Below, in pieces: positions 56,535 to 64,000 of a DNA stretch of 64,000 nt. Numbering within the stretch: position 1 is the first letter of the stretch; each line of letters starts with the position of its first letter. A program made the translations under genes and the position numbers. Origin of the DNA: Alphaproteobacteria bacterium (GTDB lineage Bacteria; Pseudomonadota; Alphaproteobacteria; CAAHEQ01; UBA3637); assembly GCA_045632845.1 (NCBI GenBank), contig JAZQXL010000023.1, positions 8,485 through 72,484 of the forward strand. Direction: 5' to 3'. The notes beneath the pieces are model-generated. The model worked only from the letters and a program-made list of their open reading frames with translations, was not told the origin of the DNA and ran no database searches.

Positions 56535-58069
56535 AATTTAAATTTTCACTTTTATTATGTTTATTAAGCTGTTCAAGTTTTGCTCTTGAAGCAGATCAAA
56601 AAAGAGAAGTTGAAATTAACGCTCAGTATGAAGAAGTTGAATACACGTTTGAAGAACCTTTTGTTCTTCAAGACCCATATAATAGAAACCCTCTTTCAGC
56701 ACTTGTGAAATTTCCAACTGAAAATGAGGCTCAAATTACATTACAAATTTTATCAAAAGAAGGGGTACCTGAACTAACCCACACTTTTGATGAATTTAAA
56801 AAAGAGCATGAAATCCCTGTTTTAGGGCTTTACCCTAATATGGATAACAAAATTCAATTAACTGCCACAGATAAAGAGGGTACCACTCGAATAAACACGC
56901 TTTCAATTACAACAAAAAAAGCAAGCAAAAGAGCTTTATTTACCATTCAAAACAAACAAGACCAAAAAATGAAGTATCATTATTTGCACGGCGGTCTTGT
57001 TTTTGATGAAAATGGCGTTGTTCGTCTTGATTTTAAACCAGAATATGAAATGCTCTATTTTCTCAACAACTCCTTTGTTGCAGAAGATAGAAATAAGGGT
57101 CTTATACAATATAATATAATGGGGAAAAAAGAAAAGGTCTTTACCTACCCTGATGGCTTTACCTCTTTCACCCACGGGCTGACACAAAAACCAAATCAAA
57201 ATTATCTGGTCATTGGATCATTTAACAATCAAAAAGCCACCTTTCAAGATAAAGAAGCTCAAACACAAAGAGAATTTGTAATTGAATTAGATTATGAAAC
57301 AGGCAAAATGGTCAATAAAATTGATTTAGCAACCCTTTTAAACCCTGATCGCTCTGTTATTATTAAATCTAACACCCAAAATTATGGATTAAATAACTGG
57401 TGCCATATCAACTCTGTCGATTATAACAAAGAAGATGAAAGTATTGTCGTTTCTTGCAGACATGTTGGATTGATTAAAATTAATGAAAAAACAAATGAAC
57501 TTGATTTTGTGATTGCCCCCCATAAGGGATTTGAAAAATCAGGCAGAGATGGCAAAGGGCAAGACCTTTCAAGTAAATTACTCACCGCTTTAAATAATAT
57601 GGGAGAAACACTACCCGACACAGTTCAAGAAGGAACACAAAGTTATCCCGACTTTAAATGGCCAACAAAAACGCATGATGCTAAAACACTTGGGAATGGC
57701 ATATATAGTATTTTTGATAACTCTGGGCCTTTGTATGACAAAACAATAGCAACAACCACTCTTTCTAATGCTCAAGTTTTTAAAGTGGATGAAAAGAACA
57801 AAACCATTCAAAGCATCTGGTTTGAACCACTTGATTTTCATTCAGAATCAGGCTCAAGCGTTCTTTACAACCCTAAAGAAAACGAAGTAACCGTTTATTT
57901 AAGCATTGTTAAAGATAATTATCAACAAGGTCTAGCCACAGGCAAACTCATTCGTTATGATTTAACCACACACCAAAAACTTTTTGAAGCCAGCATTTAT
58001 CGTGGTGGGGAAACATATTTTTATGGCCTTATGCCATTTTCATTTTATAACAACAAGGATTTAAAATAA
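56531..58069 (+). CDS. arylsulfotransferase (ASST) family protein, exported
   Basis: 512 aa. Signal peptide MKFKFSLLLCLLSCSSFALEA. ASST-like core NWCHINSVDYNKEDESIVVSCRHVGLIKI and a later WPTKTHDAKTLGNG. From my memory of the E. coli AssT alignment, these cover the His/Arg/His positions described as catalytic. Confidence 0.75.
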   Translation: MKFKFSLLLCLLSCSSFALEADQKREVEINAQYEEVEYTFEEPFVLQDPYNRNPLSALVKFPTENEAQITLQILSKEGVPELTHTFDEFKKEHEIPVLGLYPNMDNKIQLTATDKEGTTRINTLSITTKKASKRALFTIQNKQDQKMKYHYLHGGLVFDENGVVRLDFKPEYEMLYFLNNSFVAEDRNKGLIQYNIMGKKEKVFTYPDGFTSFTHGLTQKPNQNYLVIGSFNNQKATFQDKEAQTQREFVIELDYETGKMVNKIDLATLLNPDRSVIIKSNTQNYGLNNWCHINSVDYNKEDESIVVSCRHVGLIKINEKTNELDFVIAPHKGFEKSGRDGKGQDLSSKLLTALNNMGETLPDTVQEGTQSYPDFKWPTKTHDAKTLGNGIYSIFDNSGPLYDKTIATTTLSNAQVFKVDEKNKTIQSIWFEPLDFHSESGSSVLYNPKENEVTVYLSIVKDNYQQGLATGKLIRYDLTTHQKLFEASIYRGGETYFYGLMPFSFYNNKDLK

Positions 58070-58809
58070 TGGGAGAAATAATTCTTTTTAGTATACTCGG
58101 CTTTTTTGCAAGCATTATTGATGGCTGTATTGGTATGGCCTATGGGACGATTTTAGCCTCCATTTTTGCCTTAAATGGCGTACCACTATTGGTGAGTAGT
58201 GCAAGCATTCACTTTTCTGAAATTTTCACAACCCTTGCCTCAGGCCTTTCGCATCTATCTTTCAAAAATGTTGATTTCAAATTACTAAAAAAAATTGTGT
58301 TGCCTGGTGCACTTGGAGCTGTTATTGGAGCATTAATGCTTTCCTTTGCAAGCGATCAAATATTAAGACCCATTGTTTCTTCCTATTTAATTGCTCTTGG
58401 GATATATATTCTTTTAAAACAACATGTTAAAAAGAAAACAAAGTCATTCAAAAGATTTAGATTTCTTGGCCTGATTGGTGGTTTTTGTGATGCTGCGGCA
58501 GGTGGCGGTTGGGGCCCAATTGTCACAGGAACACTCATTTCAAGAGGACACATTCCACATAAAACCATTGGAACAGTTAATTTGACTGAATTTTTTGTTA
58601 CACTTTCTCAATCAGCCATTTTCTTTTCAGCAATAGGCTTAACCTCTGTTAACATTGTGATTGGTCTTATTTTGGGAAGTGTTATTGCTGCCCCATTTGC
58701 AGCATATATTGTAAAAAAAATCAATCCAATGGTATTGATTAAATTGGTAGGATATATTATCATCATCACCAATATTATTAATTTAATTATGTTTTTTTGC
58801 GGATTATAG
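58069..58809 (+). CDS. TauE/SafE (TSUP) family membrane transporter
   Basis: 246 aa, about 7-8 TM segments. Two-fold internal TSUP pattern (IIDGCIGMAYGTIL ... FCDAAAGGGWGPIV). Its ATG shares one base with the upstream TAA (TAATG). Confidence 0.78.
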   Translation: MGEIILFSILGFFASIIDGCIGMAYGTILASIFALNGVPLLVSSASIHFSEIFTTLASGLSHLSFKNVDFKLLKKIVLPGALGAVIGALMLSFASDQILRPIVSSYLIALGIYILLKQHVKKKTKSFKRFRFLGLIGGFCDAAAGGGWGPIVTGTLISRGHIPHKTIGTVNLTEFFVTLSQSAIFFSAIGLTSVNIVIGLILGSVIAAPFAAYIVKKINPMVLIKLVGYIIIITNIINLIMFFCGL

Positions 58810-59667
58810 ATGAAACATTTAAAAATATTAGAAGCTGAAGCCATCGACTTGATCAGAGATGTTGTTTTTTCAAATGATATTGAAAAACAAATTGTTTTTT
58901 ATTCGATTGGAAAGGATTCTTCTTGCCTGCTCCATTTGTTTAAAAAAGCATTTCATCCCTTTCCTATCCCCGTTAAATTTATGCACATTGATACAGGTTG
59001 GAAATTTAAGGAGATGTATGAGTTTCGCAACAAAATTCAAAAAGATATTGAGCTTATCGTATATAAAAATCCAAAAAATTTGAACCCATTCACTGATGGC
59101 TCCTTATACACTGATGTTATGAAAACAGAAGCCCTCAAACAAGCGCTTAATCTTTATGATATTAAAATTGCATTTGGTGGGTCCAGACGGGATGAAGAAA
59201 AATCCCGCGCAAAGGAGAGAATGGTTTCTGTTAGAAATGAATATCACAAGTGGGATCCAAGAAATCAAAATCCTGAAATTGCCCCACTTTATAACACGTT
59301 TTTTACGCCCAAAACGTCTTTGCGTGTTTTTCCGCTTTCAAACTGGACAGAGCTTGACATTTGGCAATATATCAAGCAAGAAGAAATTGAAATTGTCCCC
59401 TTATATTTTGCCAAGAAAAGAAGAGTTCAAACACTGCCCTCTGGGATGATGATTGCAACAGAAAATGAAACAGGAGAACTTAAAAAAGTAAGATTTAGAA
59501 CTTTAGGTTGCTACCCGCTCACAGGAGCAGTTTTATCTGATGCAACTACCATTGACGATATCATTGAAGAGATTAAAACAGCCCAATATACCGAACGTAT
59601 TACACGAATTATCGATTATGATACCGAAGGCTCAATGGAAAAAAAGAAAAAGGATGGATATTTTTAA
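58810..59667 (+). CDS. cysD: sulfate adenylyltransferase subunit 2
   Basis: 285 aa. LEAEAIDLIRDV, PP-loop FYSIGKDSSCLLHL, HIDTGWKFKEMYEFRN and the C-terminal EGSMEKKKKDGYF typical of CysD. Confidence 0.9.
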   Translation: MKHLKILEAEAIDLIRDVVFSNDIEKQIVFYSIGKDSSCLLHLFKKAFHPFPIPVKFMHIDTGWKFKEMYEFRNKIQKDIELIVYKNPKNLNPFTDGSLYTDVMKTEALKQALNLYDIKIAFGGSRRDEEKSRAKERMVSVRNEYHKWDPRNQNPEIAPLYNTFFTPKTSLRVFPLSNWTELDIWQYIKQEEIEIVPLYFAKKRRVQTLPSGMMIATENETGELKKVRFRTLGCYPLTGAVLSDATTIDDIIEEIKTAQYTERITRIIDYDTEGSMEKKKKDGYF

Positions 59668-61043
59668 TGAAAAGTGTGTTTAAATTTATTTGCTGTGGCA
59701 ACGTAGATGATGGAAAATCCACACTGATTGGTCGCTTGTTGTTAGATACAAATAATGTGAAAAAAGACCAATTAGAAGATGCCCTTAAAGTTTCTAGAAA
59801 AAATGGCTCTGAACAAATCGAGTTAGCAATGTTGTTAGATGGTTTGCTTTCTGAAAGAGAACAACAAATCACTATTGACATTGCTCACAGATTTTTTGAT
59901 TATCAAGACATTCGCTTTCATATTTTAGATTGTCCAGGTCACGAGCAATATACAAAAAATATGGCCATTGCCGCTGCTGAAGCAAACACAGCCATTGTTG
60001 TGATTGATGCCCTCAAAGGAATCAAACCCCAAACTTTAAAACATATTGAAATTTGCAGCCTATTTCAAATCAAAAACATTTTGGTTTGCCTTACAAAAAC
60101 GGATTTATTAAAAAATTCAAAAGGTCAAATTGATCTTAAAAAACTAAAACCCCTTGAAAAAGAGATTCAATCCATTCTTAAAAATTATAACTTTAATTAT
60201 GAAATTATCCCTGTTAGCGCAGTTACAGGTTTTAACACTGATTTTGTCTTAAAGTTTTTGTATAAGAATGCACTTAAACATATTGAAAGTGAAGAAAAAA
60301 ACTCAAAACAAATACTTCACGTTTTGAACTCTAAACTTTTTAAAAATACAAGATATTATTATGCAAAACCAGTGTTTCAAAATAAAGAAATTTTAAACGA
60401 AAAATTCACCGTTTATCCGCAAAATACAACTGTTACAATAACCAAAAACTTTGATAACGGATGTTTTAGCATTTTGGAAAATGTTGATATTTCAAAAGGG
60501 GATTGCCTTTCAAACTCTGAAGTTTTAATCTCCAACAAAATTTCACACAAAAGTATCTTTTTTGATAAAAAAACCCCCTCTATGCTATTTAAACACGGAT
60601 CTTCCATCAGACGGGTTGTTCAACTAACCCCTTCTACGTTAGAATTAGATGGAGAAATCGTTTTTAACAACATTGAAGATATCAAACAAAATGGCTTTGG
60701 CATTTTCATTGACGAAATAACAAAAAAAACACTGGGCTGTGCCGTATTTTCAAACAACCAAAAAGAATGTGCGCCCTCCATGGACATTATCAATTACATC
60801 ATCTATGGGGCAACTCATTTAAAACGCGTTCAAAAAGCATTGGAAATTAAAAGTCAATTTCACCCTGCTCCTTTTATTTTAGATCCTGCGGATCTTAAAT
60901 TCAAAATTTTAACAACTGAAGAATTGATTATGCTTGCTGAATATATCAATTCACAAGGAACTTCAACCATCTGCTTAGCTGAAACTGAACCTAAAAAGCC
61001 TACCTCAAATTGCATACTAATCAATCTTGATCAGGAGAAGTAA
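59667..61043 (+). CDS. cysN: sulfate adenylyltransferase subunit 1 (GTPase) with about 95-aa extra C-terminal tail
   Basis: 458 aa. G1 GNVDDGKSTLIGRLL, LDGLLSEREQQITID, G3 DCPGHEQY and G4 TKTD. EF-Tu-like domains II/III end near residue 365. The tail is discussed in findings. Confidence 0.85.
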   Translation: MKSVFKFICCGNVDDGKSTLIGRLLLDTNNVKKDQLEDALKVSRKNGSEQIELAMLLDGLLSEREQQITIDIAHRFFDYQDIRFHILDCPGHEQYTKNMAIAAAEANTAIVVIDALKGIKPQTLKHIEICSLFQIKNILVCLTKTDLLKNSKGQIDLKKLKPLEKEIQSILKNYNFNYEIIPVSAVTGFNTDFVLKFLYKNALKHIESEEKNSKQILHVLNSKLFKNTRYYYAKPVFQNKEILNEKFTVYPQNTTVTITKNFDNGCFSILENVDISKGDCLSNSEVLISNKISHKSIFFDKKTPSMLFKHGSSIRRVVQLTPSTLELDGEIVFNNIEDIKQNGFGIFIDEITKKTLGCAVFSNNQKECAPSMDIINYIIYGATHLKRVQKALEIKSQFHPAPFILDPADLKFKILTTEELIMLAEYINSQGTSTICLAETEPKKPTSNCILINLDQEK

Positions 61044-61044
61044 T

Positions 61045-61491
61045 ATGAAATTCAAAACGCTCACTCTCATTGCTTTGATGTTTTTGTCACACCCTGCTTT
61101 TGCAGATTGGAAAATTGAAAAAAATGATCTTAAAACATTTGAAAAGTTTGCAAAAACGGATGAGGTTGAATTATACACCGGCGACAGTATTTTGCATGAT
61201 TTTGAAAATCTTCCAACAGAAGGTCACAAATTTGTTTTGGTCAAAATAACAGCAAGTAATCAAGACACAAGCATACCACCTCTCAATTCTTTAGCGTTCA
61301 AACTCAAAATAAATGATAAAACCTATTCAAGAATTGATAATGACAAATTTTTGCTCAATTATAACATCAAACCATTTACAAGATTAAAAATCAAAAAAGG
61401 AACTCATGAAGGGCATTTATTATTTGAAATACCAACAGCTGAACTTTCAAATAACGTGACTCTTTTTTATAACGATAAACCAATTCAATAG
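61045..61491 (+). CDS. secreted DUF4352-like (Ig-like fold) protein
   Basis: 148 aa from MKFKTLTLIALMFLSHPAFA (RBS AGGAGAAG). The pattern GHKFVLVKITASNQD ... AFKLKINDKTY ... HEGHLLFEIP matches the usual DUF4352 layout. Confidence 0.5.
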   Translation: MKFKTLTLIALMFLSHPAFADWKIEKNDLKTFEKFAKTDEVELYTGDSILHDFENLPTEGHKFVLVKITASNQDTSIPPLNSLAFKLKINDKTYSRIDNDKFLLNYNIKPFTRLKIKKGTHEGHLLFEIPTAELSNNVTLFYNDKPIQ

Positions 61492-61500
61492 GATTATTTT

Positions 61501-62923
61501 ATGCTAACTTTAAAAAAATCTTTTTTCATCAGTGGAGCTATTCTTTTAGCACTTGTCACACTAAAACACCAAAAAGACAATATTTTTCAATATGTTAAAC
61601 CCGTAAATGGGGGGGGGTATTGAGCAAGTTCTTTTTAACAATGAAGAACTTATTCCGCCTTTTTCGCCAGACACAAACACTTACCATGTCATCTCTGCAA
61701 GCACATTAAAACCAAATATCCTTCAAATTGGAGATATCAAAAAAGAAATTAAAATTGAAAATTTTGAAACAAACCCATCCATTCCATTAGATGTAAATGG
61801 GCAAAAAATCAACATTCATTTATATCCCAAAGAATATCCCAAATATTCAATGAAACAGTTTTCTCAACCAACAACAAACAACGCTATTACGATCACAAAC
61901 TTTACCCCTAATTGTGGAAATTCTTCTTTTAATTTTATCTTTTCAGAAACGGGCAAACTCCTTTTTTATCGACGGACCCGACTGGAACTTTGTACTTCAG
62001 ATTTCAAACAAACAACGCTTCCAAATGGGGAGAAAGTATATTCTTATATGCAACAAGAAAAACCTGTTCCTCCCTTTCATTACTTGAGTGGTTCACTGGT
62101 TGTAATGAATAGTCAATTTGAAGTAATTGATAAATTAACCATTCAAGAAACAGACAAGCACCCTGCTCTTATGGTTGAAAATCATGATTCATTGATTTTA
62201 GATAAAAATCACTTTATCCTTTCTGCCTATCATGAAACTGAAATTTTAAATCCAGTAACAGAGCAACCTGTTTTCGTGGCAGAATCTGTTATTCAAGAAA
62301 TCAAAGATGGAAAAGTTGTTTTTGATTGGGTTAGCTCAGATTATCCTGAATTATACACACATTTTAAATATCCAGATAAAAACTTAGATAAAAACTTTCA
62401 TGATTATATGCATTTTAACTCAATTATCATTGATCCAAAAGATAATAATTTCATTGTTTCCTTTGCCTCACAATCATCAATTGTTAAACTCAACCGACAA
62501 ACGGGTGAAATTATGTGGACATTAGGCGGATTAGGAGATGATTTCAAATTAGATAAAAAATATCACTTTTTTGGACAACACAGTCTTTCATTTGATGATA
62601 AAGGTAACATCATACTTTTCGACAACCAATCAGCAGATTTTAAAAATCGTATTAGTAAAGAACCTGAACTCAAATACAGTCGAATTTTAAAATTTAAACT
62701 CGATGAAAAAAACAAACAAATCTTATATGCAGAAGAAATTCCTCTTAATTTTCAAACAGAATCAATGGGCTCTGTTTATCAAACAGATGATGACACTTAT
62801 ATTATCTCAAAGGGAAATAAAAACGCTGTTGAAAAAATAAAGGTTAAAGGAAACAAAGTTCAAAAAATATGGGAATTACGCCTCCTTAAACCAACCTATC
62901 GAGCATATGAAATTAAACCATAG
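61501..62923 (+). pseudogene. second ASST-family gene, interrupted by a frameshift in a G9 tract (phase-variable, pseudogene or assembly error)
   Basis: Frame 1: ATG 61501 encodes MLTLKKSFFISGAILLALVTLKHQKDNIFQYVKPVNGGGY, stop TGA 61621-61623. Frame 2: 61607-62923 encodes a 438-aa ASST-like body (HDYMHFNSIIIDPKDNNFIVS...GEIMWTLGG...FFGQHSLSFDDKGNIILFDN). Removing one G joins them as ...KPVNGGGIEQVLF... Confidence 0.7.
61609..61617 (+). repeat. homopolymeric G9 tract at the 5' end of the second ASST gene
   Basis: Counted directly: aaatGGGGGGGGGtattgag. Confidence 0.95.
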
Positions 62924-62928
62924 GATTT

Positions 62929-63414
62929 TTACAAAGAAATCTCATATTCTTGAACAAAAGCGTCAATCCATTCTAAATATTGGCGATTTCCTGTCAATTT
63001 AAACCCATACTTTTGATAAAATTGATTTGAAATTGGGTAATTTTCCAACGTAAAGAGGTTTATTTTCTTAACACCTTGAGATTTCAAAAATTCCATTACA
63101 TAAAAAAGCAAAGCTTTGCCAAAACCATTTCGTTGACAATCTGGCAAAACATAAAAAACCTTTATTTCCGCGCAATTACCGTCAAACTCATTCAACCCAA
63201 TAAAGCCTTTAACCAGTCCCTCTTCTTCTGCCACAAAAACAAGCCCTTTTTCAACAGGGACTTTCATTTTTGCAATCCTTTTTTCCGAAACTTCATAAGC
63301 GCCACTATCTAAAATAACATCTTTTATATACCCACGATATGAAACTTTCCACGTTTGAACATGTACTTGAACAATTTGTTCAACATCATTTAAAGTAGCT
63401 TTTCTGATTTTCAT
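62929..63414 (-). CDS. GNAT-family N-acetyltransferase
   Basis: 161 aa. Acetyl-CoA motif VLPDCQRNGFGKALL and C-terminal NQFYQKYGF. Confidence 0.85.
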   Translation of the reverse strand: MKIRKATLNDVEQIVQVHVQTWKVSYRGYIKDVILDSGAYEVSEKRIAKMKVPVEKGLVFVAEEEGLVKGFIGLNEFDGNCAEIKVFYVLPDCQRNGFGKALLFYVMEFLKSQGVKKINLFTLENYPISNQFYQKYGFKLTGNRQYLEWIDAFVQEYEISL

Positions 63415-63419
63415 TGCAA

Positions 63420-63641
63420 TTATCTTTCATTTAAAACAGATTTTTTTTGTTCAACTAATTGATGAAGCACTTTATTTTGATTTGAAAGAATGCGTTTTGT
63501 TTCACATTGCTGATAAAGTGGGGCTTCCCCCGTATCAGGATATACAACAAAAGATGTGTCCACATATTGCGGCACAGTTACACAATATAAAGCCGTATCC
63601 GGCACTAAATGAGATGGAACCCCTAAGTTTTGAAAATTCAT
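63420..63641 (-). CDS. hypothetical small protein
   Basis: 73 aa from MNFQNLGVPSHL, with AGGAGG 6 nt upstream of ATG 63641. It ends 5 nt before the GNAT start. No recognised motif. Confidence 0.4.
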   Translation of the reverse strand: MNFQNLGVPSHLVPDTALYCVTVPQYVDTSFVVYPDTGEAPLYQQCETKRILSNQNKVLHQLVEQKKSVLNER

Positions 63642-63749
63642 TTTATCCTCCTTTTTTTCATCATAAATAAGTTTTTTTTGTTTTTCAAGATAATTTATCA
63701 ATTCTTTTTTAATTTATAACTTAAAATAAAATTTATTTATTGAAAAAAC

Positions 63750-63778
63750 TTTACAAAAACTTAAAATTATGATATACT
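63750..63778 (+). promoter_or_regulatory. candidate promoter TTTACA-17 nt-TATACT
   Basis: TTTACA at 63750-63755 and TATACT at 63773-63778, 33 nt upstream of the ATG at 63811. Confidence 0.4.
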
Positions 63779-63810
63779 CTCCTCTACCAGATATCTAAAA
63801 AGGAGTTTTT

Positions 63811-64000
63811 ATGTCAGAAGTAGAAGTCAGCGGCATTGAAGTTTATCGTTCATTTAAAGAAGTCATCAAAATTGACACCAGCTATTGCTTTGGTGTTTTA
63901 GATGGCAAAAATTTTGCAATTGCACGCACAACAAGAGGCAACAATGTGGTCTTTATTCGTTGGTGCAAAGGTAAAATGCCCTATTCCAGCAACAAAAATA
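63811..64000 (+). CDS. hypothetical protein, N-terminal fragment (runs off window)
   Basis: My own translation: MSEVEVSGIEVYRSFKEVIKIDTSYCFGVLDGKNFAIARTTRGNNVVFIRWCKGKMPYSSNKN..., no stop before the window end. RBS AAAGGAG lies 6 nt upstream. It is absent from the ORF track because it has no stop. Confidence 0.4.
   Translation, partial: MSEVEVSGIEVYRSFKEVIKIDTSYCFGVLDGKNFAIARTTRGNNVVFIRWCKGKMPYSSNKN

Noticed and set aside
353-57841. Many 60-140-aa track ORFs lie inside or antisense to long genes. Examples: 353-640, 1303-1542, 1710-2075, 6331-6690, 12635-12952, 19711-20061, 28127-28729, 32832-33260, 43276-43689, 51443-51841, 54622-54960, 56936-57199.
   Set aside because: Each is fully contained in a longer ORF with clear family motifs. 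They lack RBS and promoter context and have biased, shadow-like composition. I treat them as non-coding.
62929-63701. Small ORF immediately upstream (5-nt gap) of a 161-aa GNAT gene, an arrangement reminiscent of TacA/TacT-type GNAT toxin-antitoxin pairs.
   Set aside because: The GNAT text (TWKVSYRGYI..., QRNGFGKALL, NQFYQKYGF) looks like an ordinary small-molecule or protein acetyltransferase. The upstream 73-aa protein shows no ribbon-helix-helix or DUF1778-like N-terminus. Architecture alone is not enough. An HHpred check of the small protein would settle it.
1-64000. I looked for CRISPR arrays, tRNA, rRNA, tmRNA, IS elements, integrases, and prophage or conjugative modules.
   Set aside because: I found no regularly spaced direct repeats, no tRNA-like GTTCGAATC or TAGCTCAG motifs in a plausible context, and no transposase, integrase or relaxase-like ORFs. 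Apart from the features listed, the window appears free of these elements. This is an eye scan, so short or degenerate elements could have been missed.

Overview
The window is an AT-rich, tightly packed chromosomal segment with no rRNA, tRNA, CRISPR array or transposase that I could recognise. All family calls come from reading motifs by eye, not from searches.

Gene order points to an alphaproteobacterium, probably host-associated (Holosporales/Rickettsiales-like):
- tmk-holB-tatD
- Tim44-like/mltA/smr
- tsaE-amgK-murU-addB-addA
- lspA followed by a small lipoprotein
- a Mic60-like gene next to a HemY-like gene
- kdsD-lptC/A-lptB

Most of the roughly 60 genes are housekeeping: tsaD, secB, pgi, mutL, leuS, secDF-yajC, dut, accBC, nagZ, rsmB, pfk.

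Four things stand out:
1. A translationally coupled seven-gene operon at 55965-62923. It encodes a secreted Cys-rich lectin-like protein, an ASST-type arylsulfotransferase, a TauE/TSUP membrane protein, CysD, CysN, a secreted DUF4352-like protein and a second ASST-type gene. It links cytoplasmic sulfate activation to periplasmic-type sulfotransferases. I do not know this wiring from described systems, and it is my main candidate for a new system.
2. The second ASST gene is split by a G9 homopolymer (61609-61617) between its signal-anchor and its body. A matching C9/G9 tract (4184-4192) sits just upstream of the promoter of an orphan gene.
3. An orphan VirD4/TraG-type coupling protein is translationally coupled to a pentapeptide-repeat protein with a basic C-terminal tail. 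No VirB or relaxase genes are in the window. The pair sits where alphaproteobacteria usually carry trxA after addA.
4. An anaerobe-style toolkit is present: a single-chain pyruvate:ferredoxin oxidoreductase, and a PerR-like repressor plus rubrerythrin operon with a clear palindromic operator.

Smaller oddities:
- a vestigial APS-kinase-like tail on CysN
- an apparent LptC-LptA fusion
- a soluble CckA-like hybrid kinase paired with an orphan AtpR-like membrane protein
- a 0.9-kb ORF-free spacer
- several orphan genes, one of them ankyrin-like
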